Positions 17,648 to 27,029 of a stretch of 37,247 nt of DNA are shown here, in pieces. The notes under the pieces are model-generated. The model made no database searches and had not been told where the DNA came from. It saw only the letters and a list, made by a program, of their open reading frames with translations. Location of the stretch: IMG/VR virus record IMGVR_UViG_2526164629_000027; one strand, written 5' to 3'. The translations under genes were made by a program, and so were the position numbers. The stretch comes from a virus (taxonomy: Duplodnaviria > Heunggongvirae > Uroviricota > Caudoviricetes). Each line of letters begins with the position of its first letter. Positions within the stretch are counted from its first letter, which is position 1.

Positions 17648-18448
17648 ATGATTACTCCTGCACAGCAACACTGGCAGAACGTGATGGCACAGCGCGCAGG
17701 CCGGGCGAATGAAGGCGTGGACCACGCCGCGCGTACCGCGCATGAAGAGGTGCTGTATCGTCTGCGTCTGGCACAGGCCCGCCTTAAGGGCGTACAGGCC
17801 AGAAGCGCGAAAGCCGCCATCAAAAAAGAGTTATTGCCGGACTTTTCCGGCTGGATTGAGGGAACGCTGGAGGCTGACGGCGGGCAGCAGGATGAAGTGA
17901 TTGCCACGCTGATGGTGTGGGCGATTGACTGCGGCGATCTTCCGCTGGCGCTGCGTATTGGTGCGTATGTGGTCCGTCATAACCTCATTATGCCGGATAA
18001 CTTTGGCCGTACTGCTGCCACGGTACTGACCGAAGAAATCTGCAACCCGGTACTGACGCAGGCCGGGACGGATGCCGACGCGGATTTATCCGCCTTTATC
18101 GAACCACTGGATACCCTCCGGGAGATTGTCACCGACCAGGATATGCCGGACGAAGTGCGCGCCAAATTATGCAAGGCGTGCGCCTTTGCCCGTCGTGGTC
18201 TGACCGATGCAGACAACATGGCCTTATCACTGAAGCTGCTGCGCGAAGCGATGCACCTGAACCCGAACGCAGGTGTGAAACGCGAGATTGCAACCCTTTC
18301 CCGCGCCCTGAAAAAAGCCGATTCCGCAGCCGAACCAGAAGACGCCAGCGCACAGCAGGCGCAGGACGAAAGCAGCAAAAGTAAAAAGACAACGCGGAAG
18401 CCTGCAACACGAAAAACCACCGCGACGCAGAAGGCGAAGCGCGGTTAA
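17648..18448 (+). CDS. M: Terminase small/endonuclease subunit (P2 gpM family)
   Basis: 266 aa; basic Lys/Arg-rich C-terminus; position after the capsid gene. Confidence 0.8.
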   Translation: MITPAQQHWQNVMAQRAGRANEGVDHAARTAHEEVLYRLRLAQARLKGVQARSAKAAIKKELLPDFSGWIEGTLEADGGQQDEVIATLMVWAIDCGDLPLALRIGAYVVRHNLIMPDNFGRTAATVLTEEICNPVLTQAGTDADADLSAFIEPLDTLREIVTDQDMPDEVRAKLCKACAFARRGLTDADNMALSLKLLREAMHLNPNAGVKREIATLSRALKKADSAAEPEDASAQQAQDESSKSKKTTRKPATRKTTATQKAKRG

Positions 18449-18541
18449 CGACTGACCCCGTCAGCGGGCGGCGTGCGCGGTGTTCCGGTTTGACTCCGTG
18501 ACCGTTTACACCGCGCACCCACCGCCCGATTTTTTTCAGGA

Positions 18542-19045
18542 GTGAACCCCATGAGTATGGTTGCCAGAACTGAACCCAGACCCGCAGAGGACGACATCAC
18601 CGATACCGATGATGGCGATACCCGCATTTCAGCGGGTGCATTCTGGCCGGATATTGTGCTGCGCGAGCTGCGTCTGGCGGTACGACTGCCGGGCCGCGTG
18701 ACCACCTCCCGCCTGCTGCATACTGCCACCGGGGCTGTGGCACACGTTACCCGCGAGCTGGAAGCATGGCAGCAGGAACAACAGGCGGCTGGCCATCAGA
18801 CGCTGGCCGATGTTCCGGCACCCGTAATTAACGGAGAAAGCGTCAATCTCTGGCACTGGCGCAATGCTGTTTATACCGCCACGCGCGCCCTGATTCTGGA
18901 GCGTTATCGTGATGCAGACACAACGGACAAGGGCGACCGCCGGGCGGACGCACTGGATATACAGACATCGGATTTGTGGCGTGATGTGAGCTGGGCCATC
19001 TCTGACATTCTGTGTCGCCCGCGAATCTTTGCGGAGTTGTGCTGA
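18542..19045 (+). CDS. L: Head completion/stabilisation protein (P2 gpL family)
   Basis: 167 aa; position and size match P2 L. Confidence 0.75.
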   Translation: MNPMSMVARTEPRPAEDDITDTDDGDTRISAGAFWPDIVLRELRLAVRLPGRVTTSRLLHTATGAVAHVTRELEAWQQEQQAAGHQTLADVPAPVINGESVNLWHWRNAVYTATRALILERYRDADTTDKGDRRADALDIQTSDLWRDVSWAISDILCRPRIFAELC

Positions 19046-19245
19046 TGAAAGTGAAGGCACTGGAAGGCGACACCGTGGATTCGCTCTGTTTCCGGTACTA
19101 CGGCACGACGCAGGGCGTCACCGAAAAGGTGCTGGATGCCAACCCCGGACTCTGTCAGCAGGTATTTCTGGACGCCGGGCAGGAAGTTGAGATGCCGGAG
19201 CCGGAGAAGAAGAAACGAGAAATGATTCAGTTGTGGGGGGAGTAG
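19045..19245 (+). CDS. X: Tail protein X (LysM-like, P2 gpX family)
   Basis: 66 aa from MKVKALEGDTVDSLCFRYYG; ATG overlaps the L stop (TGATG). Confidence 0.75.
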   Translation: MKVKALEGDTVDSLCFRYYGTTQGVTEKVLDANPGLCQQVFLDAGQEVEMPEPEKKKREMIQLWGE

Positions 19246-19247
19246 CA

Positions 19248-19571
19248 GTGAGCACCATTCAAACAGGGATCACAGAGCAGGTTATTGCGTGGCTCTTTGA
19301 CCACCTGCCAACGGTGTATGCAGTAGGCGCGGCGGTCAGCATTTCCGCGCTGATGAGTCTTTATGACGGACGAACACTGGTTCAGACCGTAACGGGATCG
19401 CTGGCGTGCGGCGTTCTTGCCATGGCCGTGGCCGGGTCGTTGCGCTTCTTCGGGTTTCCTGAAGATGCCGTGACGTTTATCGGCGCATCAATCGGTTTTA
19501 TGGGTGCAGAGAAAGCACGCGACAAGGTTATTGCGGCCTTTAATCGCAGGGTGAAGGAGAAGGACGAATGA
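19248..19571 (+). CDS. Putative holin
   Basis: About 107 aa from a GTG preceded by GGGGGGAG; two or three hydrophobic TM segments and a charged C-terminus; first gene of the lysis cassette. Confidence 0.6.
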   Translation: MSTIQTGITEQVIAWLFDHLPTVYAVGAAVSISALMSLYDGRTLVQTVTGSLACGVLAMAVAGSLRFFGFPEDAVTFIGASIGFMGAEKARDKVIAAFNRRVKEKDE

Positions 19572-19960
19572 GCAACACATTTAAATTCAGCAGCCGGAGC
19601 GAAAAGAATTTGCAGGGCGTAAATCCTGATCTGGTGAAAGTGACCCGACGGGCACTGGAAATCTCGGAAGTGGATTTTGGTATCACCGAAGGGTTGCGCA
19701 GCCGTTACCGCCAGAAGCAACTGGTGGCCACGGGTAAGAGCCAGACCATGAACAGCCGCCACCTTACGGGGCATGCCGTGGATGTTGTGGCTTATATCGG
19801 CAGCCAGGTGTCATGGGAATGGCCGCTGTACGAAAAAATCGCAGCAGCATTCAGACAGGCCAGCCGGGAACTGAATATTCCGGTGGAATGGGGCGGCGAC
19901 TGGAAGCCCCTGAAAGACGGACCGCATTTTCAGTTACCACACGGAGCCTATCCGGCATGA
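19568..19960 (+). CDS. Endolysin, L-alanyl-D-glutamate peptidase (peptidase M15-like)
   Basis: 130 aa; metal-binding motif context SRHLTGHAVDVV and C-terminal HFQLPH typical of T5-type M15 endolysins. Confidence 0.75.
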   Translation: MSNTFKFSSRSEKNLQGVNPDLVKVTRRALEISEVDFGITEGLRSRYRQKQLVATGKSQTMNSRHLTGHAVDVVAYIGSQVSWEWPLYEKIAAAFRQASRELNIPVEWGGDWKPLKDGPHFQLPHGAYPA

Positions 19961-20364
19961 AGCTCTGGCCCACGCTTGGCGTCGCTTTCCTTCTGATTGC
20001 CGGATGGGGAACATCCATGCGTCTGTCGTGGTCGCTGGGCCGGGAGAACGCCAGAAACGAAGCACAGGCCAGCACCCTGAAAAGTACCGTCGACACCCTG
20101 AATATCATCAGCACCGGGGTACAGGATATGCAGCAGGTGCTGGCGCAACTCCGCGTGGAAAATCAACAGCGAAATCAGGACGGAGAGGCCAGACGTGAAC
20201 AGCTACGCAACGATATTGCAAAAGATGAATGCGCCCTCGCTTTGCCTGACGCTCGTTTTACTGACAGGTTGCGCAGGCACGCAGAACGCGCCACTGCCAG
20301 CGCCGTCAGTCCGGCTTATACCGCAGACGCTGACCATACCGGTAATGCCTCCCCCCTTCCCTGA
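19957..20364 (+). CDS. i-spanin (Rz/LysB-like)
   Basis: Starts at MKLWPTLGVAFLLIAGWG (N-terminal TM) followed by a coiled-coil-like region; ATG overlaps the endolysin stop. Confidence 0.7.
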   Translation: MKLWPTLGVAFLLIAGWGTSMRLSWSLGRENARNEAQASTLKSTVDTLNIISTGVQDMQQVLAQLRVENQQRNQDGEARREQLRNDIAKDECALALPDARFTDRLRRHAERATASAVSPAYTADADHTGNASPLP

Positions 20365-20515
20365 CACTCCCACATGGGGAAATCTCGGTATATGGGGCGA
20401 CCGCCTTCTGGATGCACTGGAAACCTGTAACGCGGATAAACGGGCCATTGAATTACTGGAACAGCGCAGGCTGCAACGACTGAACAACGAGGATAACAAC
20501 CATGCTGAAAACTGA
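20225..20515 (+). CDS. o-spanin (Rz1/LysC-like lipoprotein)
   Basis: Lipobox LLTGC at the start (MNAPSLCLTLVLLTGCAG), Pro-rich; begins inside the i-spanin gene in another frame, as is typical for Rz/Rz1. Confidence 0.7.
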   Translation: MNAPSLCLTLVLLTGCAGTQNAPLPAPSVRLIPQTLTIPVMPPPFPDTPTWGNLGIWGDRLLDALETCNADKRAIELLEQRRLQRLNNEDNNHAEN

Positions 20516-20969
20516 TTCCCTGCGTGAAGCCATGACCCGTTCATGCCGATGGTGTCAGGCTAACCCGGAAAAATTCACCATTTTCGTGGAGAGCGGCAAC
20601 ATTGAAACGACCGGAGAAACGCCCTCGTTTGTTTACCGCTATCAAATGGTGATGTTTGTCATGGATTACGCCGGAGAGCTGGACGACCTCACGCTGCCGC
20701 TGCTGGCGTGGTTATCCGAAAATCAGCCACAGTTGTTGCTCAACCCTGAGCGTAATCAGGACATCAAATTTTCCGCCGTTATCAATGACGATGACAGCGC
20801 CGATCTCCTGTTTACGCTCCCCCTGCGGGAACGCGTTCGCATCACGCGCAGCAGTCAGGGCACACCGCAGGCAGAACACCTGCCGGAGCCAAAACCCCGC
20901 CTGCCATCTCCCGAAGGCGACTGGTCGCATGTATTCCAGGATGTGACGTGGGGTGAAAGCGATGGATAA
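20502..20969 (+). CDS. R: Tail completion protein (P2 gpR family)
   Basis: 155 aa; position after the lysis cassette. Confidence 0.75.
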   Translation: MLKTDSLREAMTRSCRWCQANPEKFTIFVESGNIETTGETPSFVYRYQMVMFVMDYAGELDDLTLPLLAWLSENQPQLLLNPERNQDIKFSAVINDDDSADLLFTLPLRERVRITRSSQGTPQAEHLPEPKPRLPSPEGDWSHVFQDVTWGESDG

Positions 20970-21597
20970 GGCATTCACCCGCGTGGATGAAACCTTTGAG
21001 GCCATCCGCGACAGCCTGAATCAGCAGGCCATCAATAACATCGCCAGAAAGCTGGCACAGGATTTACGCCGCGCCCAGCAGGCGCGTATCCGGTCACAGA
21101 AAGCGCCGGACGGGACCGCGTGGACACCACGCAGACGCCGCGTAACCCGGATACAGGAACGCATTCGCTTTATCTGGAATAACGAAGCACGCACGCTGAA
21201 AAACTGGCATCACGATACGGGGAAATACGGGCGAACCATTACCGGGTGGGATGAGGATAAAAACAATATCCGCACGTTTTACCGGGATGACATCGACCGT
21301 TTTCTGGAAATACGCACCCGGCGCATCAACCAGGACAGCACAAAGCGCGTCCCCATGTTCGTAAAACTGCGCACCGCCCGCTACCTGAAAGCCCGTGCAG
21401 ATGCTTCCGGTGTGACGGTGGGTTACAACGGCGTGGCCGCACGTATTGCCCGCGTTCATCAGTTCGGTGAGCGCGATCAGGTTGCGCCGGGCATTTTCAC
21501 CGATTACCCGGTACGTGAGCTGCTGGGTATCAGCCAGGCAGATGAGCGCCTGATTTATAACACGGTGCTGGGCCGGATTGCGGAGGCTGTACGGTGA
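20953..21597 (+). CDS. S: Tail completion/virion morphogenesis protein (P2 gpS family)
   Basis: 214 aa; synteny with P2. Confidence 0.75.
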   Translation: MKAMDKAFTRVDETFEAIRDSLNQQAINNIARKLAQDLRRAQQARIRSQKAPDGTAWTPRRRRVTRIQERIRFIWNNEARTLKNWHHDTGKYGRTITGWDEDKNNIRTFYRDDIDRFLEIRTRRINQDSTKRVPMFVKLRTARYLKARADASGVTVGYNGVAARIARVHQFGERDQVAPGIFTDYPVRELLGISQADERLIYNTVLGRIAEAVR

Positions 21598-22175
21598 GCG
21601 CAGAACTCATGCGACTGCTGAGCAATATCATCCGCACCGGGATCATCTCTGAAGTTGATGAGAAGTCCTGGCGCGTGCGCGTTCGCAGCGGCGAACTGGA
21701 AACAGGCTGGTTGCGCTGGAACACCACGCGCGCGGGAGCCTTCAATGTGTGGCTGCCGCCATCACCAGGCGAACAGGTGGTAATTGCCTGCATTGGCGGC
21801 AACCCGGAAACCGCCATGATAATTGGCAGCCTGTGGAGTGATGCCAGTCCGGCCCCCGGCAAAAGCCTGAAAGAAATCGTGGTCAGCGCGCCGGATGGCG
21901 CGGTGTTCCGCTACGACGCGGCCGCAGGCGCACTGAGCGCCAGCGGCATGAAAACAGCCACCCTGCAGGCATCCGTCAGCGTGACACTGGATACGCCCGT
22001 CGTGGAATGCACAGACCTTCTGAGAACGGCGACGCTTGACGTCACAAAAGGGGGAAAGATGAGCGGCAATATCACGCACAGCGGCGGCAATTTCACCTCA
22101 AACGGCATCACAGTGCATACGCATAAACACGGTGGCGTTAAAGGTGGCAGCGATTCGACAGGAGGCCCGCAGTGA
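21594..22175 (+). CDS. V: Baseplate assembly/spike protein V
   Basis: 193 aa; synteny with P2; Gly-rich C-terminus. Confidence 0.8.
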   Translation: MSAELMRLLSNIIRTGIISEVDEKSWRVRVRSGELETGWLRWNTTRAGAFNVWLPPSPGEQVVIACIGGNPETAMIIGSLWSDASPAPGKSLKEIVVSAPDGAVFRYDAAAGALSASGMKTATLQASVSVTLDTPVVECTDLLRTATLDVTKGGKMSGNITHSGGNFTSNGITVHTHKHGGVKGGSDSTGGPQ

Positions 22176-22522
22176 CAACCCGCTACACAGGAATGAACCC
22201 GGACGGAACGGGAAACCTGAATGATATGGAGCACCTGAAACAGTCAGCCAGGGACATCCTGACCACCCCGCTGGCCAGCCGGGTTATGCGACGGGAATAT
22301 GGCAGCCTTGTGCCTGATTTGATTGACGAACCCATGAATAACACCACGCGTCTGCAATGCATGAGTGCTGCCGTGATTGCGCTGACGCGATGGGAACCCC
22401 GCATTGCCCTGGATGCCATCGACGTTGTCTGGAAAGCGGGAGGCCGCGCCGGGGTGACGCTGTCGGGCACTGTCATGCAGACCATGCAGAATGTTGAGTT
22501 AACCATCACGCTGAGGGAGTAA
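22172..22522 (+). CDS. W: Baseplate protein W (gp25-like)
   Basis: 116 aa; synteny with P2. Confidence 0.8.
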   Translation: MTTRYTGMNPDGTGNLNDMEHLKQSARDILTTPLASRVMRREYGSLVPDLIDEPMNNTTRLQCMSAAVIALTRWEPRIALDAIDVVWKAGGRAGVTLSGTVMQTMQNVELTITLRE

Positions 22523-22525
22523 ATC

Positions 22526-23422
22526 ATGCCCGCCGTTGACCTTTCCCAGTTACCGGAACCCGCCATCATCGCGGAGCCTGACTTTGAAGCAATTCTGGCT
22601 GACACAAAGGCCATGATGATTGCGTCCTATCCCGCCGAACAGCGTGAAGCCGTTTCCGCCGCGCTGGAGCTGGAGTCGGAACCCCTTAACGTTATCGCTC
22701 AAACCATGTCGTTTCGTGAAATGCTGTTACGCCAGCGGGTTAACGAGGGCGCACGCGCCTGTATGTTAAGCCACGGTTCAGGGACAAACCTGGACAACCT
22801 CGCGGGCAATATGAACACAAAGCGCCTGGTTATCACTCCGGCAACGGATACCACCGACGCGGTGATGGAGAGCGACACCTCGCTGAGACTGCGGGCGCAG
22901 CGGGCGTATGACGGCCTGAGTGTTGCTGGCCCGTCAGGTGCATACGAGTATTTTGCCCGCAGCGCCAGCGGTCTGGTGCGTGATGCGCGGGCTATCAGTC
23001 CGTCTCCGGCAAATGTGACGGTTTCCATCCTGTCCACAGAGGGCGACGGCACAGCAACGGAGGCGTTGCTTAATACCGTTCGCGCCGTTCTGAATGCAGA
23101 GGATACCCGCCCGGTGGCCGACCGCCTGACCGTACAGAGCGCCAGAATCGTGACATGGCGGCTGAATGCAAAACTGTACTTTTACCCCGGCCCGGAATCC
23201 GAACCTATTCTGGCTGCGGCTGAATCGTCATTCAGGAAGTGGCTGGCTGAACAGGGGCTTATCGGTCAGGACGTGGCGTTGTCCGCCATTGCTGCCGCAC
23301 TGCATGTGCACGGTGTGCAACGCGTGGAGATAATCGAACCCACACAGAATATGGCCATCAGCGACATACAGGCGGCGCGCTGTGAGTCATTCACCATCAG
23401 CGAAGGTGGGCGCAATGAGTAA
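22526..23422 (+). CDS. J: Baseplate protein J
   Basis: 298 aa; synteny with P2. Confidence 0.85.
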   Translation: MPAVDLSQLPEPAIIAEPDFEAILADTKAMMIASYPAEQREAVSAALELESEPLNVIAQTMSFREMLLRQRVNEGARACMLSHGSGTNLDNLAGNMNTKRLVITPATDTTDAVMESDTSLRLRAQRAYDGLSVAGPSGAYEYFARSASGLVRDARAISPSPANVTVSILSTEGDGTATEALLNTVRAVLNAEDTRPVADRLTVQSARIVTWRLNAKLYFYPGPESEPILAAAESSFRKWLAEQGLIGQDVALSAIAAALHVHGVQRVEIIEPTQNMAISDIQAARCESFTISEGGRNE

Positions 23423-23945
23423 TTCACTGTTACCGCCATCAGCCAGCAATTTCATGCGTTGCGCCGAAGCTGTCGGAGCGCGCATTACAGACATCCCGGT
23501 AGACCTCAACACGCTGTGGTCACCTGACACCTGCCCGGTGCATCTGCTGCCTTATCTCGCCTGGGCATTTTCCGTTGACCGCTGGGATCGCAACTGGCCG
23601 GAAGAGACAAAGCGACAGGTTATTCGTGATGCATGGCTTATACACCGACACAAAGGGACCATCAGCGCACTGCGCCGGGCCATTGAGCCGCTGGGATACC
23701 TCATTCGCGTGTCTGAGTGGTGGGAGTTCGGCGGAGAACCGGGAACATTTACCGTTGAAGTCGGCACGCTGGACAGTGGCGTGACGGAGGAAATGTATCT
23801 GGAAATGGAGCGGTTGATTGCTGATGCCCGCCCGGTCAGCCGCCACATGACAGGGCTGAATATCATTCAGGAAATTCCGGGGGATATTTTCGCAGCGGCG
23901 GCAACTTATGACGGTGAAGTTATTACCATTTATCCAGGCGATTAA
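23415..23945 (+). CDS. I: Baseplate/tail protein I
   Basis: Start at MSNSLLPPSASNF (ATG at 23415 overlapping the J end); synteny with P2. Confidence 0.8.
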   Translation: MSNSLLPPSASNFMRCAEAVGARITDIPVDLNTLWSPDTCPVHLLPYLAWAFSVDRWDRNWPEETKRQVIRDAWLIHRHKGTISALRRAIEPLGYLIRVSEWWEFGGEPGTFTVEVGTLDSGVTEEMYLEMERLIADARPVSRHMTGLNIIQEIPGDIFAAAATYDGEVITIYPGD

Positions 23946-23947
23946 GC

Positions 23948-24007
23948 ATGAGTACCACAACACGAAAATTTAAAACCGTTATCACCGATACGGGTGCAAA
24001 AAATTAG
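23948..24007 (+). other. H: 5' fragment of the tail-fibre gene H (19 codons) cut off from the main ORF by a frameshift in an A6 run
   Basis: ATG at 23948 gives [19 protein letters not shown]-stop; with one extra A in the run at 23998-24003 the frame continues as [28 protein letters not shown], which matches the P2 gpH N-terminus. Confidence 0.6.
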
Positions 24008-24051
24008 CTCAGGCAGCCGCGCCAGATGGTAAGCCTGTCCGCCTGACTCAT

Positions 24052-26409
24052 ATGGCCGTGGGCGACGGTGGCGGCGCGTTGCCCACACCAGACAGTAAGC
24101 AGACCCGTCTGGTGCATGAGGTGTGGCGACACACTGTTAATCGCGTCATCCTGGACGCAACACATCAGAACCGCATTATTGCGGAGCTGGTTATTCCTCC
24201 AGAAACGGGCGGATTCTGGATCCGGGAAATTGGTGTGTTTGATGAGCACGGCGATTTAATCGCGGTGGGCAATACTGCCGAAAGTTACAAGCCAGCCGTT
24301 GCCGAAGGGTCCGGACGTGCACAAACATTTCGCACCATTCTGACCGTATCCAGCACTGCCACTGTGGCGCTTACCGTGGATAACACCATGGTGATGGCCA
24401 CAGTGGATTACGTGGATAACAAACTGAAAGAGCATGAACAGTCACGATGTCACCCGGATGCCTCGCTGACCGCAAAAGGCTTTGTTCAACTCAGTAGCGC
24501 CACTAACAGCGATTCTGAAACGCTGGCTGCAACGCCGAAAGCGGTTAAGGTCGCGTATGATCTTGCTAACGGAAAATATACAGCGCAGGATGCCACAACA
24601 GCGCGAAAAGGCCTTGTCCAGCTTAGTAGTGCAACCAACAGTACATCTGAAACGCTGGCGGCAACGCCAAAAGCAGTTAAAGCAGCCAATGACAATGCGA
24701 ATAGCAGGGTGCCATCTAACCGAAAAGTTAACGGAAAAGCACTGACTGCGGATATAACATTAACGCCGAAAGATATTGGTACTTTAAATTCAGTAACGAT
24801 GTCTTTCTCTGGCGGGGCTGGGTGGTTCAAACTGGCTACGGTTACCATGCCACAAGCGAGTTCCATCGTTTACATCGCATTGATTGGTGGCGCTGGTTAC
24901 AACGTCGGTTCCCCACATCAGGCAGGCATTTCAGAACTGGTTCTACGAGCAGGCAATGGAAACCCCAAAGGAATTACCGGGGCTTTGTGGAAGCGTACAG
25001 CCGTCGGATTAACGAATTTCGCCTGGATCAACACATCCGGCGATACATATGATATTTACGTTGAGATTGGCAATTATGCGACGAGTGTAAATATCCATTG
25101 GGATTGTACTGCAAATGCGTCAGTTTCTGTTTATACCTCGCCAACATATTCAGCGAGTAAGCCTTCCAGCGTTACCTATGGTGTTGTTTATACGATGTAT
25201 AGCTCACATCAGAAACCTACACCATCAGATATTGGAGCACTGCCAACAACCGGAGGAACAGTTTCAGGTCCGTTGTCTGTTACAGGTGGATTAACTGGTT
25301 CATTGAATGGTAATGCAAGTACAGCCACGAAATTGCAGACGGCAAGATCTATCGGTGGAGTTGTTTTCGACGGTTCTGCAAATATTAACCTTCCAGGTGT
25401 AAACACTACGGGTAATCAGAACACCACTGGTAATGCTGCAACTGCTACAAAACTTCAGACTGCAAGAAAAATATCCGGTGTTCCATTTGATGGTTCTACT
25501 GATATCACTTTAACCGCCGCGCATGTGGCTGCTTTTGCCAGAAGGGCAACGGATACATATGCCGATGCGGATGGTGGCGTTCCCTGGAATGCCGAATCAG
25601 GCGCTTACAATGTCACCCGCTCTGGCGACACCTATATTCTGGTTAACTTCTATACCGGAGTCGGAAGTTGCCGGACCTTGCAGATGAAGGCACATTACAG
25701 AAATGGAGGTCTGTTCTACCGTTCCTCAAGAGATGGCTATGGTTTTGAGGAAGACTGGGCAGAAGTTTATACCTCGAAAAATCTTCCACCAGAAAGCTAC
25801 CCAGTCGGCGCACCAATCCCGTGGCCATCAGATACCGTTCCGTCTGGTTATGCCCTGATGCAGGGGCAGACTTTTGACAAATCTGCATACCCGAAACTTG
25901 CAGTCGCTTATCCGTCAGGCGTGATCCCTGATATGCGTGGCTGGACTATCAAGGGCAAACCTGCCAGTGGTCGTGCCGTATTGTCTCAGGAACAGGACGG
26001 CATTAAATCGCACACCCACAGCGCCAGCGCATCCAGTACTGATTTGGGGACGAAAACCACATCGTCGTTTGATTACGGTACTAAAACGACCAGTTCATTT
26101 GATTACGGCACAAAAACCACAAATAGCGCAGGAGCTCATTCACACAATATACCTGTTGGTCACACTGGCGCGGGGAATGGTGTATCAGCCGGTTATAACG
26201 CTGCGTTAGGTACTGGTACCACGTCGAGCGCAGGAGGGCATGCTCACAATGTACATATCGGTGCCCATAACCACACTATCGGCATTGGTGCTCATGCCCA
26301 TTCTGTCATTATTGGTCCCCACGGACACACCATCACCGTTAATGCTACGGGGAACGCAGAAAACACCGTAAAAAACATCGCATTTAACTATATTGTGAGG
26401 CTTGCATAA
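24052..26409 (+). CDS. H: Tail fibre protein (P2 gpH family); intact ORF from an internal Met, see frameshift fragment upstream
   Basis: 785 aa; N-terminal region MAVGDGGG...IAELVIPPE...AESYKPA matches the conserved P2 H domain; duplicated [21 protein letters not shown] motif; C-terminal tandem repeats and His-rich HxH repeats. Confidence 0.85.
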   Translation: MAVGDGGGALPTPDSKQTRLVHEVWRHTVNRVILDATHQNRIIAELVIPPETGGFWIREIGVFDEHGDLIAVGNTAESYKPAVAEGSGRAQTFRTILTVSSTATVALTVDNTMVMATVDYVDNKLKEHEQSRCHPDASLTAKGFVQLSSATNSDSETLAATPKAVKVAYDLANGKYTAQDATTARKGLVQLSSATNSTSETLAATPKAVKAANDNANSRVPSNRKVNGKALTADITLTPKDIGTLNSVTMSFSGGAGWFKLATVTMPQASSIVYIALIGGAGYNVGSPHQAGISELVLRAGNGNPKGITGALWKRTAVGLTNFAWINTSGDTYDIYVEIGNYATSVNIHWDCTANASVSVYTSPTYSASKPSSVTYGVVYTMYSSHQKPTPSDIGALPTTGGTVSGPLSVTGGLTGSLNGNASTATKLQTARSIGGVVFDGSANINLPGVNTTGNQNTTGNAATATKLQTARKISGVPFDGSTDITLTAAHVAAFARRATDTYADADGGVPWNAESGAYNVTRSGDTYILVNFYTGVGSCRTLQMKAHYRNGGLFYRSSRDGYGFEEDWAEVYTSKNLPPESYPVGAPIPWPSDTVPSGYALMQGQTFDKSAYPKLAVAYPSGVIPDMRGWTIKGKPASGRAVLSQEQDGIKSHTHSASASSTDLGTKTTSSFDYGTKTTSSFDYGTKTTNSAGAHSHNIPVGHTGAGNGVSAGYNAALGTGTTSSAGGHAHNVHIGAHNHTIGIGAHAHSVIIGPHGHTITVNATGNAENTVKNIAFNYIVRLA

Positions 26410-26804
26410 TGACATTCAGAATGAGTGAACAATCACGGACCATAAAAATTTATAATCTACTGACCGGAACCAATGAGTTTATTGGTGAAGGTGATGCATA
26501 CATTCCACCTCATACAGGTCTGCCTGCAAACAGTACCGATATTGCCCCGCCAGATATTCCGGCTGGCTTCGTGGCCGTTTTCAACAGTGATGAGGCATCG
26601 TGGCATCTCGTTGAAGACCATCGGGGTAAAACTGTTTATGACGTGGCATCAGGGGACTCGTTATTTATTTCTGAACTCGGTCCATTACCGGAAAATGTTA
26701 CCTGGTTGTCGCCGTATGGAGAGTATCAGAAGTGGAACGGCACATCCTGGGTGAAAGATGCAGAAGCAGAAAAACTGTTTCGGATAAGGGAGGCGGAAGA
26801 ATAA
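26409..26804 (+). CDS. G: Tail fibre assembly chaperone, N-terminal part (P2 gpG/Tfa family)
   Basis: 131 aa; position immediately after H; its conserved C-terminal Tfa region is in another frame. Confidence 0.7.
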   Translation: MTFRMSEQSRTIKIYNLLTGTNEFIGEGDAYIPPHTGLPANSTDIAPPDIPAGFVAVFNSDEASWHLVEDHRGKTVYDVASGDSLFISELGPLPENVTWLSPYGEYQKWNGTSWVKDAEAEKLFRIREAEE

Positions 26805-26986
26805 AAAACAGCCTGATGCAGGTAGCCAGCGAGCATATTGCGCCACTTCAGGATGCCGTAGATTTGGATATTGCAACGGAGGAAGAGGCATCGTTACTGG
26901 CTGCATGGAAGACATACCGGGTATTGTTGAATCGTGTTAATACAGCGGTAGCAGCGGATGTTGAGTGGCCAGTCGCCCCACAATAA
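26732..26986 (+). CDS. Tail fibre assembly chaperone, C-terminal conserved region in a different frame (frameshifted continuation of G)
   Basis: Translation ...[61 protein letters not shown] matches conserved Tfa C-termini; no credible independent start. Confidence 0.5.
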   Translation: MERHILGERCRSRKTVSDKGGGRIKNSLMQVASEHIAPLQDAVDLDIATEEEASLLAAWKTYRVLLNRVNTAVAADVEWPVAPQ

Positions 26987-26991
26987 AGAGA

Positions 26992-27019
26992 AAAAGCCAT
27001 CGATTGAAATATAGATGGC
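26992..27019. terminator. Hairpin terminator between tail-fibre genes and the acetyltransferase gene
   Basis: aagccatc-N12-gatggctt stem flanked by A-run and T-rich sequence. Confidence 0.5.
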
Positions 27020-27029
27020 TTTATGTACT

